Below are positions 50,426-60,404 of a stretch of DNA of 64,000 nucleotides, one piece after another; position 1 is the first letter of the stretch; the number at the start of each line of letters is the position of its first letter. Location of the stretch: the IMG/VR virus record IMGVR_UViG_3300036944_001289, positions 62,001 through 126,000 of that record, one strand, 5' to 3'. The position numbers and the translations under genes are program-made. The notes below the pieces were generated by a model. That model worked only from the letters and a program-made list of their open reading frames with translations, did not search any database and was not told the origin of the DNA.

Positions 50426-50593
50426 CTATTTTTTGAGATCTTCAAGTAATAATTTTATCTTTTTACTGATATAATTATTTCTACCCTTGTGTTCTTCTAA
50501 AAATTTTATAACTTTATCGTATTTATATTGATACTCAGCTTTACCTTTTTCGTAAGCTTCTCTTATAGCTAAATCGTAATATATTTTATTCAT
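50426..50593 (-). CDS. Small hypothetical protein (55 aa; absent from ORF track)
   Basis: MNKIYYDLAIREAYEKGKAEYQYKYDKVIKFLEEHKGRNNYISKKIKLLLEDLKK*. Confidence 0.45.
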   Translation of the reverse strand: MNKIYYDLAIREAYEKGKAEYQYKYDKVIKFLEEHKGRNNYISKKIKLLLEDLKK

Positions 50594-50598
50594 TACAT

Positions 50599-50630
50599 AA
50601 AAAAGCCCTCTTTTTAAGAGGGCTTTTTTT
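50599..50630. terminator. Bidirectional intrinsic terminator
   Basis: AAAAAAGCCCTCTT-ttt-AAGAGGGCTTTTTTT. Confidence 0.85.
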
Positions 50631-50635
50631 ATTTT

Positions 50636-50998
50636 TTATTCAAAAAGCTTAATAACTTTAGGTTCTTCCGTTACTGGTGTCACCGGTTGAACGTTAAATG
50701 TACCTGATACAATTCTTTCGTATTGCGATGCAATCTTTTCATCAACTTCAAAATTAGAGCCTAAGGCTATAGAATTTAATGAGTATGTAAATTCAAAATT
50801 TCTCTTGTTAATTTCGCTATATTTAACGAATTCAGCAAAGAATAGAGGAACTAGTTGAATTTGCAATTGACCGTTAGCTGGTTGAACCGCAATCATTACA
50901 GGATTAACGACTGTTAATGTGCCTTCTTGTTTACTCGGTGCGCTGATACCTAGAATATTTCTACCTACTTGATCTATGAATGTAATATATTTAGACAT
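50636..50998 (-). CDS. Hypothetical protein (possible Sm-like fold)
   Basis: GRNILG...LTVVNPVMI...QIQLVP...IASQYERI; has its own promoter and terminator. Confidence 0.6.
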   Translation of the reverse strand: MSKYITFIDQVGRNILGISAPSKQEGTLTVVNPVMIAVQPANGQLQIQLVPLFFAEFVKYSEINKRNFEFTYSLNSIALGSNFEVDEKIASQYERIVSGTFNVQPVTPVTEEPKVIKLFE

Positions 50999-51028
50999 AT
51001 ATGTATATTATATTATAATAAGAGATTT

Positions 51029-53608
51029 TCAACTGAATAAATCAAATAAATTAGTTTGAACAATAGAACCTGGCCGTTGTAATTCCCATCTGACATTTTC
51101 ATATAGTCTTTCTACAGCTGCGAGTACAGTCTTTTCAAAGATTAATTCGTAGTCTGGCTGAAAGATCTGTTTAAATTCTTCAGGGTAGTAGTATTTATAA
51201 GCAATTTTTTCGATATTATATTTGTTAGGTGTCTGTAGTTGTAATAATCTAACTTTATCACCGGATGATATCTTTTCGTATTTGTTAGTTAACTGTAGCT
51301 TTTCAATAAGTCTATTATAAAATATTGCTGCTTTAATATGATGCGGTGTACCTTTGGCTATTTCGAAACCATTACTGAGTTGTTCTCTTGCTTCATAATT
51401 ATTTAGATTACTAACCGTTGCAATAGATTCGATCGGTAGTGTCTTAAATATCTCCCACACGTTATTAATTGATATATTCGTTTTAGAATAATCCTGAGTA
51501 GAGAGCATCGTTTCAATTATATCTTTAATATAAGGTTTAACAGCAGATGGTATTGTACTACGTACAACATCTACACCTACGTATTTGTATTTATTACAAG
51601 GTATTTCTTCAATATCTAAGACATGTATTATATATCTTTTCTTCTGTAAGAAGATACCGGTATCAGCTATTGCTTCTCTTTTAAATACAAACCTACTATC
51701 TTCTGAGAATAATTCACGTTCACCCCATACTTTTATTTCGTTATTGAGCATATCACCTAGCTCTTTTACTTTATCGTAAAACTCTTTACTAATCTTGCCA
51801 GGTTTGTTAGAAAATATTACACCGTTTTGTACAATATTATCTAAAGTAAGATAAATAGAATCTGTATCGCCATATACTACGATATCATTATTATCTTGCT
51901 CTGTTATATTTGGTACATTCTCTTTTACGAACTTTTTAGCAACCTCTCCTGCAAATTTAATTACTTCTTGACCGGTTAAGGTTACAGATGAGGCTATATC
52001 GTCGTCACCTAATGGATTGTTTTTGTTACCAAATGCACCATAAGTTGCATTAATATATATCTTTTGAGCCAATTGCTTAGAGTCTAATTGAACACTCTCG
52101 TTCTTTAGATTATTATACTCTTCGCATTCTGTTTGATTTAGTTCTTCTAATTCTTTAATACGAAGTTTTACTTTCTTAAGTTTAGCTTGCGTCTTTTTAC
52201 GCTCCTTGTAGTAATAATCTAATACCTCAGGAAATATACCACGCTTTTTCTGTGTGAATATAATATTTGCCTTACTTATAGTAAGTCTCTCCTTTTGTAT
52301 AAAAAGAGCAAACTTGTCTTCAGTAAGTGTAAATGTTTGACCTGTAACGTGTCGTATTACCACATTACCATCTTCTCGTTTAATTATTTTACCTATCTTT
52401 GTCTCTGGTGATGTATTTAGAGTAATCATCACATTAGGATATAGAGAGTTAGCGTCAAATGATACTATATGCTTTTTAAATCCAGGTAATGGTTCACGAA
52501 CAAACGCACCGGGGTTAACGCCACTCTCTACATTGCGTATAAATGTAGGCAGTATTTGATTCTTATGTTTAGCGCGTATTGCTGCTGCTCCATTTATAAC
52601 TGATATAGAACCCATTGCTGCTTCAAATGTAGTTAGTCCTATATATGCAAACATTCTCACTAGGTTTAAATATCTTAGTTTGAACTCAAGGTTCTTAAGT
52701 AGTCTTACGTCTTGAATATTGTACTCTACAAACTTCTGCCAATTTTCATTGTATAGATCTATTAGATTACCTGTACCAATATCTACCTTTGATTCACCTA
52801 GTTCTAATTTAGCAATACTGTTTAGCTTGTAACTCTCTTTTTCACCTGGTGAGAACCTCTTATATATGTCAAGATAATCTATAAGAGATACACCTTCTAT
52901 AAACCAGCGCTGCAAGTCTTGACCTTTATCGTTGTGTATTTCACGGAAGTACGTTTTACCTGCTGGTGATAAACTATTACGTGTATTATCACCAAAAAGG
53001 TTTTGTACCCTATTCATGATATATGGAATATCGAATCCCATACTATTCCATCCACTTACAATATCGGGTGGATCAGATTTAAACCAATCTATAAACTTAG
53101 TAAGTAATTCTACTTCATTTTTACAATATATAAAGTCTACATCACTATCGACTACATTAAAAGGTTTTTCGCCCCAGCATATAAATCTCTTTGTAGTTGA
53201 ATCATATATAGTAATGACATTGATAGGGTATTTCGAATATCTTGCGTCAGGAAACTCTTCTGCAATAACTTCAATGTCAATAAATACTACTCTTACATCA
53301 TTTTTACTAAAGTCGGGTGTTTCGTTATCTTTATAGAATCGCTCTATAAGAAACTGTTGAACACATGGAAAATTATCGAATACTCTTGTTATACCTGTAT
53401 TGGTGATAAAAGAGCTTCTGTCAAATTGAGTATTAAATATACGTTTAACTAGCTTAGTACCGAATATTGAATCATATTCACCAGGACCTTCTATATAGAG
53501 GTGGGGTTTATAGGTAAAATCTTGTACATTTCTTTTACCATTTTCATCCCACCCTAATATAGTTATCTTCTGTTCTTTGCTGTTATAAAAAGCGTTCCTA
53601 TAACTCAT
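51029..53608 (-). CDS. gp43: Family B DNA polymerase
   Basis: IDIE, GWNSMGFD, YNIQDV, SFDANSLYP, KIYINATYG, YGDTDS, KKRY. Confidence 0.97.
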   Translation of the reverse strand: MSYRNAFYNSKEQKITILGWDENGKRNVQDFTYKPHLYIEGPGEYDSIFGTKLVKRIFNTQFDRSSFITNTGITRVFDNFPCVQQFLIERFYKDNETPDFSKNDVRVVFIDIEVIAEEFPDARYSKYPINVITIYDSTTKRFICWGEKPFNVVDSDVDFIYCKNEVELLTKFIDWFKSDPPDIVSGWNSMGFDIPYIMNRVQNLFGDNTRNSLSPAGKTYFREIHNDKGQDLQRWFIEGVSLIDYLDIYKRFSPGEKESYKLNSIAKLELGESKVDIGTGNLIDLYNENWQKFVEYNIQDVRLLKNLEFKLRYLNLVRMFAYIGLTTFEAAMGSISVINGAAAIRAKHKNQILPTFIRNVESGVNPGAFVREPLPGFKKHIVSFDANSLYPNVMITLNTSPETKIGKIIKREDGNVVIRHVTGQTFTLTEDKFALFIQKERLTISKANIIFTQKKRGIFPEVLDYYYKERKKTQAKLKKVKLRIKELEELNQTECEEYNNLKNESVQLDSKQLAQKIYINATYGAFGNKNNPLGDDDIASSVTLTGQEVIKFAGEVAKKFVKENVPNITEQDNNDIVVYGDTDSIYLTLDNIVQNGVIFSNKPGKISKEFYDKVKELGDMLNNEIKVWGERELFSEDSRFVFKREAIADTGIFLQKKRYIIHVLDIEEIPCNKYKYVGVDVVRSTIPSAVKPYIKDIIETMLSTQDYSKTNISINNVWEIFKTLPIESIATVSNLNNYEAREQLSNGFEIAKGTPHHIKAAIFYNRLIEKLQLTNKYEKISSGDKVRLLQLQTPNKYNIEKIAYKYYYPEEFKQIFQPDYELIFEKTVLAAVERLYENVRWELQRPGSIVQTNLFDLFS

Positions 53609-53623
53609 GCAGAAATATTATAA

Positions 53624-55090
53624 TTATTCCCGATTGTATTTTGTTATATTTTTTCTTGCACTGCTACCATAAGGTGTGCTGTATAGCTCTAAGTAACAAT
53701 CTATATTGGTATCCGTTTCAAGCCAGCGTGTTTCTGCATACTGTCTTGCACGTTTTGATATTGCCTTATATTGTTTGTGGTCTTTAAGAGTTTCGTTGAT
53801 TCTGTCTATCATTTCATCACCAGTCTTGAACTTAATAGGAGCATTTGAGTATGTTACTATATCTTGACATGCAATAGGTAGACCAAAAGCACACGCTTCA
53901 ATATACTTGAGATCGCTCTTAGCTTTATTAAAGTTGTTATCTTGTAGTGGTGCTATCATCATATTTGCTTTAATATTAGCAATATCTTGACCATAGTTAT
54001 ATAACTTAGACCATGGATGAAATTCGATCTTACCAGATTTTACGAGATCCATTAACGGTAATGGAAATGCACCTAAGAATATCCACTGAAACTTATCAAC
54101 AGTCTTACGAATTACATTATTCACATGGAAAAAGTCATCGTTATAATTTCCTGTTCTGTTTTCTACATCGAAATGTGCACCTGAACCTGTATAGAGAATA
54201 CGTGGCTTCTTCTTATTATTATCATAACTTGTCATTATTTCAGTACCATCGTAATAATTACCTAACCAGAACTTAGGCATGAAGTTTGGAATTACTGTAA
54301 CATTCTTATTACCTGTCTTACTCTTGTAGTAATCTTTCATGAAATCACAAGTAACTGTAATTTCATCACACAGAGCCATAATTGCACATGCTGATTCTCT
54401 TATCTCTGGATTATCAAAAGCTGGCTTAAACTTGTTATAGTCTGGTATGTCCTCTTTGAAACAGATATCATCTATTTCATAAATTATTTTCATCCCGTTT
54501 TGTTTTGAAACATCACGTAAGAATCTTACAAATTCAAGCTGTTGTCTTGTTGCTTGTCTTTGAATTCTTACGGACTTTACCATAGTATAATATCTTGGAT
54601 CTAGATTCATTACTGTTGTACCATGCACAACAGCCTTTTGATGAGCGTTGAGTACTTGCTCAGGCCAGATCATTCTCCAGTGACCACCATTTATATTCAG
54701 TTTAAATCGTTAATTAAAACCCGCTTATTAAAGCTGCTATATATTTCTATATAGATTAGACTATATCATCACCTCGTAAGGTGCTCCCCATTTCCACATC
54801 ACTTGATGTGTACTCACTTTTGTGATAGTCGTTGAACGTTCCGTTATGGCTTCGCTGCTGATTACCAGTTAAGGTTTCCAGCAATTAAAGGAGTTTGCAT
54901 TATATATTACTATATAATGGGCCAAGGTTTAGCCTGAGTAGTCTGCGTAGTAGTTTAAAAATCTTGGCAAAGATAGTTCTGGTGGAAGCATTTCTTCACT
55001 CTGTCGTTGAGGCTGTACTGTTTGTTGTATTTGCTGTGTAGGGTCACTAAACGGTAGTCTAGGTCTATTTATTGAATTAGGTACGAACAT
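53624..55090 (-). CDS. GT-B glycosyltransferase, spliced: exon 1 55090-54931, exon 2 54687-53624 (407 aa)
   Basis: Joining the exons gives YYADYSGC-GHWRMIWP in frame (1224 nt); IYEIDD, VIPNF, APLQDNNFNKAKSDLKYIE. Confidence 0.88.
54688..54930 (-). ncRNA. Group I self-splicing intron (243 nt, IA-like, no ORF)
   Basis: Exon ends in U within a GGCU/GGCC P1 (U-G pair); intron ends in G; P AAUUGCUGGAAA, Q AAUCAGCAGCGAAG, R UUCAACGACUA, S GAUAUAGUCU; P7.1 and P7.2 hairpins, P8, P9. Confidence 0.92.
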
Positions 55091-55112
55091 AATTTATATA
55101 CAGTATATTATT

Positions 55113-55982
55113 TTAAAATATTAAGAAATCAAATTTATAACCGTTTTCTTCTACACATTTCTTTTTTGCTAAATTTCTTTCCAAATCAATTTTAAATGTG
55201 TATTCACTTTTAACTTCAATTATTCTTTTTTCTTTAATTATAAAAATATCTGGATAATATCTATGCTCTTTACCATTATATGTATACGTAAAGGGAGGCA
55301 TGTTACATTTACCTGTTTCGATATCATCTTCTGTATAACCTTTAGCTAATAATAAATTAATTGCTTTATTTTCATAGCCTTGTGTTTTAAATTCCTTCTC
55401 TCCTACTATAAATGTTTTTATAGAAAAAGCGCTATTTTGTTGTTTTTCAAAATACTCTGCAACTTGCATAGGGTTAATAACTCCATACTCTTCTTTAAAT
55501 TTTTCTTGATATCTCTTTATTAATTCACCCCAACCATTATATTTTAATATAATGGTCTGTTTAAACAATTCGTTAGTAACATTTTTATAATTATATTGTT
55601 CTTTTCTGTTTCTTTTTTTAATACCATTTTCATTTAAAACTCTAATAATAACACAATTATCTACGCTGTATTTTTTGGATACATAATTGACACCCTTACC
55701 GTTGGAATACTCCTGAATAATATCTTTTATCTCATCTTCTGTAAATTTTTTGTAAATTGTATTGTTTCTTTTTTCATTATATCTTAATATGTTTCTGGAT
55801 TCTTTTTTATTACGTAACGAAACACCGTTTTTAATTATTATTTCTCTAATTACAGATACATTAACGGCATATAGGTTAGCAAGTTCTGACGCTGAGTAAC
55901 CTTCAATATAATTTATTATAATTTCTTTAGCTTTACCTTTTGTATTTTGATGCCTACTTTCATAAACAATATCTATGTTCAT
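55113..55982 (-). CDS. Free-standing PD-(D/E)XK endonuclease with HTH repeats (paralogue of 32565-33587)
   Basis: YGVINPMQ, QGYE, YYPDIF...IIEVKS; TAAATA-N5-ATG. Confidence 0.78.
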   Translation of the reverse strand: MNIDIVYESRHQNTKGKAKEIIINYIEGYSASELANLYAVNVSVIREIIIKNGVSLRNKKESRNILRYNEKRNNTIYKKFTEDEIKDIIQEYSNGKGVNYVSKKYSVDNCVIIRVLNENGIKKRNRKEQYNYKNVTNELFKQTIILKYNGWGELIKRYQEKFKEEYGVINPMQVAEYFEKQQNSAFSIKTFIVGEKEFKTQGYENKAINLLLAKGYTEDDIETGKCNMPPFTYTYNGKEHRYYPDIFIIKEKRIIEVKSEYTFKIDLERNLAKKKCVEENGYKFDFLIF

Positions 55983-56017
55983 ATATATATTTATTGTTTT
56001 GGTTATTGTATTCTTAA

Positions 56018-58042
56018 TTAATCAACAAAGTTTACACGTTTTGTTATTCCGTTATGCTTTTCAAGAAAGATTATATCTCCGTTTACAGCTTTTACACTCT
56101 CTTTTCTATGCGAGATAATTAAAATAGATTCTTTAAACGTTTCTACTCTTTCTTTTAGAATATCTACTACTAGCTCTACACCACGTTGGTCTAAGCTGGT
56201 ATCAAATAGTTCATCATATACAGTTACATTATAGTATACATCTCCGTGAGTCTTTCTCATATCAATAAATGAGAAAAGACATGCTAAATCAATAGCTTTT
56301 CTTTCTGCACCAGAGAAGTTATTATAAAGGCATATCTTACCTTTTTCGTTTAATATCTCTTCTTCAAAATACTCGTTAAATATGCATATACTATTACTAT
56401 CTAGCTTCTTGAGGTAGAATGCTAATTTTGCGTTAAAGTTTTGTAGAATTTTCTTTACTAGGAAACTCTTTACACCTTCTTCACTTATTACAAACTTTAC
56501 AACCTCAAGCATATCAGCTTTCTTTTTAAGACTTTGAATTGTATTATTGGATGTTTCTATCTTTGTATTTGCCTCTTTTATTAATTCATCAAAAGTCGTG
56601 ACATCGTTTGATATAGTTATGCTACCTTCTTGTAACTGTTTATTTAAATTCTGTAAATCTGTAATTCTTTTCTTATTTGACTGTCTTGTAGTTTCTTGCA
56701 CTGCTGCAAGCTTTATATCTTTATTAAGACTATCTATGTGTTTCTTTATTTTGGACTTTTTATCTTCTAAACCATTTGCCTCTTTTACATATGCAGATAA
56801 TGTCTCTACTAATTTTAGCACATCGTTATGCATATTTTTCTTTTCTTTTTCTATCTCCTCTATATCGTGTTCTGATATTGGACGTAAGCATGTAGGGCAA
56901 ATCTGTTCAGTAGTACCTACTTTTTGTAATTGCTCTTTTTTGGTTTTGATTTCGTTTTTTACTGTTGCTACATTTCCAAGTGTCTGATTGCATAGTTCTT
57001 CTACCTTAACCAAAGCCTTAGTATATTTTTCTAATTCTGTATTCTTTTCAGTCTGATTTATTATAACTTCATTTTGAATATCAGTTTCAATCTTTTGTAT
57101 CTCTGCCTCGTTATCTTTGATTTTTTTATTAATCGCTAATATCTTGGTCTCTTTTTCTTTAGACTTTAACTCCTTTTGCTTTTCAAAGGCAGATACACTG
57201 TTTTTAATTTCACTAAGTCTGGCATTTTCTATGTCTAGTTCTCTCTTTGTGCTGTTTTGGTCTTCTCTAAGAGAAGACATCATTGCAGAGAAAACCTGCA
57301 AATTGAATATTTGTTCAATAAACTTTCTTTTCTCTACTTTAGACTTTGACATGAAAGGTAGAGTATCATTTAATGTCATCAGTACACAATTTCTAAATAC
57401 TTCAGGTGATGATGATAGTACAGTTTCAATATACGAATTTGTATTTGCAATAGTATCTAATGTTATATCATTACCATCTTTATAAAGAAACAATCTAGAC
57501 GGTGATAATGTTCTTATTATGTTGTATGTGTTTGTATTACCGTTTTGATTAACATCGAATTCTAATTGCACTTCGCATGTATTTTGAGTTATATTGTTTG
57601 ATATAAACTCTTTCTTAAGTTCTCTTAATGTAGTACCAAATATAGCAAAGTATAATGCATCTGCTATAGTGGAATTGTGTGATGTAATACCGTTACTATA
57701 ATATTCCTTAACGTTTCTAACTTGCAAATCATATAAATTTTTAAATAAATTAGTACCTCTTACGTATTTTATAGTTTCACAACCGTCCTTTGTATGAACA
57801 ATTTCATTTACATTTAAATGTTGAACCTTTACAAACTCTACACCTGTAAATACTCTATGGTTACCTGAACATTTAAGGTTTTTTCCGGCATCAGTTTCAA
57901 TTTCATAAACTTGTTCATTGTATGCTGTTACATCTGCTTCATCGATAGGGTTAAACCCAAATCTTGTCTCTACATCAATATGACCTTTATATTGAGGATA
58001 TACTTTATAAAAATCAGCTATTTGTTTTACAGTAGCTTTCAT
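56018..58042 (-). CDS. gp46: gp46 (Rad50/SbcC) C-terminal precursor: 123-aa IntC plus C-extein
   Basis: Intein block B CSGNH, block F LYDLQV, block G YYSNGITSHN|S; then STIADAL, CPTC zinc hook, FSGAE signature, YDE, IISH. Confidence 0.92.
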   Translation of the reverse strand: MKATVKQIADFYKVYPQYKGHIDVETRFGFNPIDEADVTAYNEQVYEIETDAGKNLKCSGNHRVFTGVEFVKVQHLNVNEIVHTKDGCETIKYVRGTNLFKNLYDLQVRNVKEYYSNGITSHNSTIADALYFAIFGTTLRELKKEFISNNITQNTCEVQLEFDVNQNGNTNTYNIIRTLSPSRLFLYKDGNDITLDTIANTNSYIETVLSSSPEVFRNCVLMTLNDTLPFMSKSKVEKRKFIEQIFNLQVFSAMMSSLREDQNSTKRELDIENARLSEIKNSVSAFEKQKELKSKEKETKILAINKKIKDNEAEIQKIETDIQNEVIINQTEKNTELEKYTKALVKVEELCNQTLGNVATVKNEIKTKKEQLQKVGTTEQICPTCLRPISEHDIEEIEKEKKNMHNDVLKLVETLSAYVKEANGLEDKKSKIKKHIDSLNKDIKLAAVQETTRQSNKKRITDLQNLNKQLQEGSITISNDVTTFDELIKEANTKIETSNNTIQSLKKKADMLEVVKFVISEEGVKSFLVKKILQNFNAKLAFYLKKLDSNSICIFNEYFEEEILNEKGKICLYNNFSGAERKAIDLACLFSFIDMRKTHGDVYYNVTVYDELFDTSLDQRGVELVVDILKERVETFKESILIISHRKESVKAVNGDIIFLEKHNGITKRVNFVD
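57674..58042 (-). mobile_element. Split intein C-fragment (IntC, 123 aa)
   Basis: Ends in HN followed by Ser+1; contains block B, so the split site is atypical. Confidence 0.9.
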
Positions 58043-59095
58043 TAATTTCTTTTTTTATACTTTCTATTTGACTGTTATATGGTTTGTGTGACCAAAATTT
58101 AATAATATTATATCCATTGTCTTTAGCAATTAAATGTTTCTTTTTTTCATGTTCTATTTTTGATGTTATGGAGATGTTTTTATATGGGTATTTAAAATTT
58201 TTAATTTCATCATGTGACATAATTTCAGGATCTGGGTGAAATTCATATCTGTTGTATTCGATAATAATCTTAAGAGAAGATATTGTAAAATCAAAGTAAA
58301 ATATTTTTTTATTATCTCTTAATGAGAACTCCTTAGACCCTGTAATTCCTATCATGATATCATTACGTTGTATACCTAATTTCCTACAAAACTTATATAA
58401 AGGTATTAAAATCTTTAAACTTTCTTTAGAGGCTTTGCCGCGTTTCTTATATGTAATATATTTAAAATTATAATAGTGTGTGTTAAAATTTTCTGTTGTT
58501 TGTTCTATTTTGTTTTCTAAAATATACTTTTTTGTTTTGTGTATGATGTATTGATCTGAACCTTTTTGTACCCTAAATTTACAATAATCATCTAAATTAC
58601 AATTTCGTAATATAAACGACTCTAAACTATGTTGTTTAAGTTTGTTTATTAACTCAATTTCTTTACTACTTTTACAAAGTAATGTAATTTGCCACTTTTT
58701 CTGTCGGTTATTAAAAACTTTTAAACCTTCTAATTCTCCATACTTTTCAATACATTTTTTAAGTGAAAACGTAGACTGCCTTTCCTTAACCTTATTAATT
58801 GCATCTTGCGTTGTTAATCCTTTTTAACCCAATAACCAACTTGATTATTTCTCCAATCCTTTCGTCCTGTATTTTTGCTTTTACTTTTTTGCGATAATAT
58901 TTGTTGATGCTCTAATACTTTTTTAATAGCCTCATCTTCTGTATACCCTTTTTTAATCCAAAAGTACTTTGAGGATTTTCTAAATGAGCTTACATGCCTT
59001 TTTGCTTCTTCTTCTGTAAAAACTATTCCAGTATCAGGGTTGATTCTTTTTCTAGTTACCCAAAATTGCCATTGTTGTGGTGAATTGTAACTCAT
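58014..59095 (-). pseudogene. Vsr/DUF559-like homing endonuclease with a -1 frameshift at ~58820 (about 360 aa if restored)
   Basis: YWVKK|D* becomes YWVKKGLTTQDAINKV in the -1 frame, open to 58014; FYFDF...IIIEYN.YEFH...K...A..NGY.II.FW; own TAAATA-N5-ATG. Confidence 0.8.
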
Positions 59096-59103
59096 ATAAT
59101 TAT

Positions 59104-59337
59104 TTATTGATTCTCAATAAATTTTTTAAACTTTTCCAAAACCATTGCATCCTTTATTTGAATAGTTACTTCAGTCTGCGGATCAACACACTTACCTACA
59201 CCGTTTCTTCTGTCTTCCTTATCTCTATTAATACCGGTGATAATATTTAAACCTGTATTAAAGTCTAAACTAACCACATCATCACCTACTGATAGGAAGT
59301 TTTTTATCTTTATGTTTTTAAAGTTTACGTACTTCAT
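59104..59337 (-). CDS. gp46: gp46 N-terminal precursor: 49-aa N-extein plus 28-aa IntN
   Basis: IKNFLSVG...NIITGIN...NGVGK|CVDPQTEVTIQI...; ATGA-coupled to gp47. Confidence 0.92.
   Translation of the reverse strand: MKYVNFKNIKIKNFLSVGDDVVSLDFNTGLNIITGINRDKEDRRNGVGKCVDPQTEVTIQIKDAMVLEKFKKFIENQ
59107..59190 (-). mobile_element. Split intein N-fragment (IntN, 28 aa)
   Basis: Block A CVDPQTEV directly after the Walker A Lys. Confidence 0.88.
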
Positions 59338-60404
59338 GTAATTACCTTATTGTATAAGGATAAAGTATATTTTATAATTTCCTGTTTGTTATTTATATCT
59401 AACATGCTTACAAATTCTGTTACAATATTTTCTATTTCAGCGCCCTTTATGTCAGAGTCTACTACATCTTCGTGTACTTTTAGTTTATTGTAGTTAACAT
59501 CGTAATCTATTTTAAGATCTGCAGGTTTAAATGTTGTTATTTTACCGACTAAAAGATCTAGATGGTCTGTTGATATATTTTTATCTACTATTAGCTTAAT
59601 AATATTACCTTTAAAGTTATTGCTAAAATATGTGATTGGGTCTTTGTTCGTAATAATCTCTGAAAGAGAAACTTTTAGATGTTTAGGTGTTAATGTGTTT
59701 TCTTTAAATTCAAATTGTAGTGTATCTGTATCTAATAGATAATAACCTTTTGTTTGATAGGCATCACCGAAGTCTGTCTGGAATGGGTTACCTACGTAAA
59801 TTATTTTGCAGATGTTTGAAAATACCTTTTCATCTCGTTGATGAAAGTGTCCTGAAAATACTAGCTTACTTTTTGCTGTTAAATCATCTGGGTTATCTCC
59901 ATGTTCGCAGATTTTATGACCGTTCATTCTAAAATTCTGTAGTTCAAAATGACCAAACACTACATCACTTTGCGGAATATCTTTTATGTCACATCCCCAA
60001 GGGCAGAATGTAAATCGTTTACCATTAAAATCTACACTGGTTATATTATCAAAAATTTGTATATTAGAATTACCTTTCATTATTGAAAGGCTATGAACAT
60101 CTGATGTGTTCTTATAATAGCAGCAATGGTTACCTGGTATCATAATAATCTTAAATTTACTTAATTTTTGTAAAATTAGTGAGTGATAATGTAGAGTTTT
60201 AACTTCTACTGCATCTCTATAATGCATCCAATCACCACAAAATATAACAGTATCTATATTATTAGATTCGAGCTCAGATACAAACCAATTTGCCCAGTTT
60301 AAAGCAACATTTAACCAAAAATCGCTATTTTGATGTACCCCTAAATGTAAGTCCGTAAATATTGCTATTTTATTATTCAGAGGAGTCACTGTCATAATCA
60401 TCAC
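59334..60404 (-). CDS. gp47: Recombination nuclease (Mre11/SbcD-like)
   Basis: TDLHLG, CGD, PGNH, GHFE, SGHFH, YVGNP. Confidence 0.93.
   Translation of the reverse strand: MMIMTVTPLNNKIAIFTDLHLGVHQNSDFWLNVALNWANWFVSELESNNIDTVIFCGDWMHYRDAVEVKTLHYHSLILQKLSKFKIIMIPGNHCCYYKNTSDVHSLSIMKGNSNIQIFDNITSVDFNGKRFTFCPWGCDIKDIPQSDVVFGHFELQNFRMNGHKICEHGDNPDDLTAKSKLVFSGHFHQRDEKVFSNICKIIYVGNPFQTDFGDAYQTKGYYLLDTDTLQFEFKENTLTPKHLKVSLSEIITNKDPITYFSNNFKGNIIKLIVDKNISTDHLDLLVGKITTFKPADLKIDYDVNYNKLKVHEDVVDSDIKGAEIENIVTEFVSMLDINNKQEIIKYTLSLYNKVIT

Noticed and set aside
26225-53608. Inteins in the usual hosts (gp17, gp41, UvsX, gp43)
   Set aside because: Their Walker A and catalytic motifs are contiguous and the protein lengths are normal.
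59104-59337. Treating the 77-aa ORF as a truncated gp46 pseudogene
   Set aside because: The break coincides exactly with intein block A, and the matching HN|S junction restores GKS, so trans-splicing fits better.
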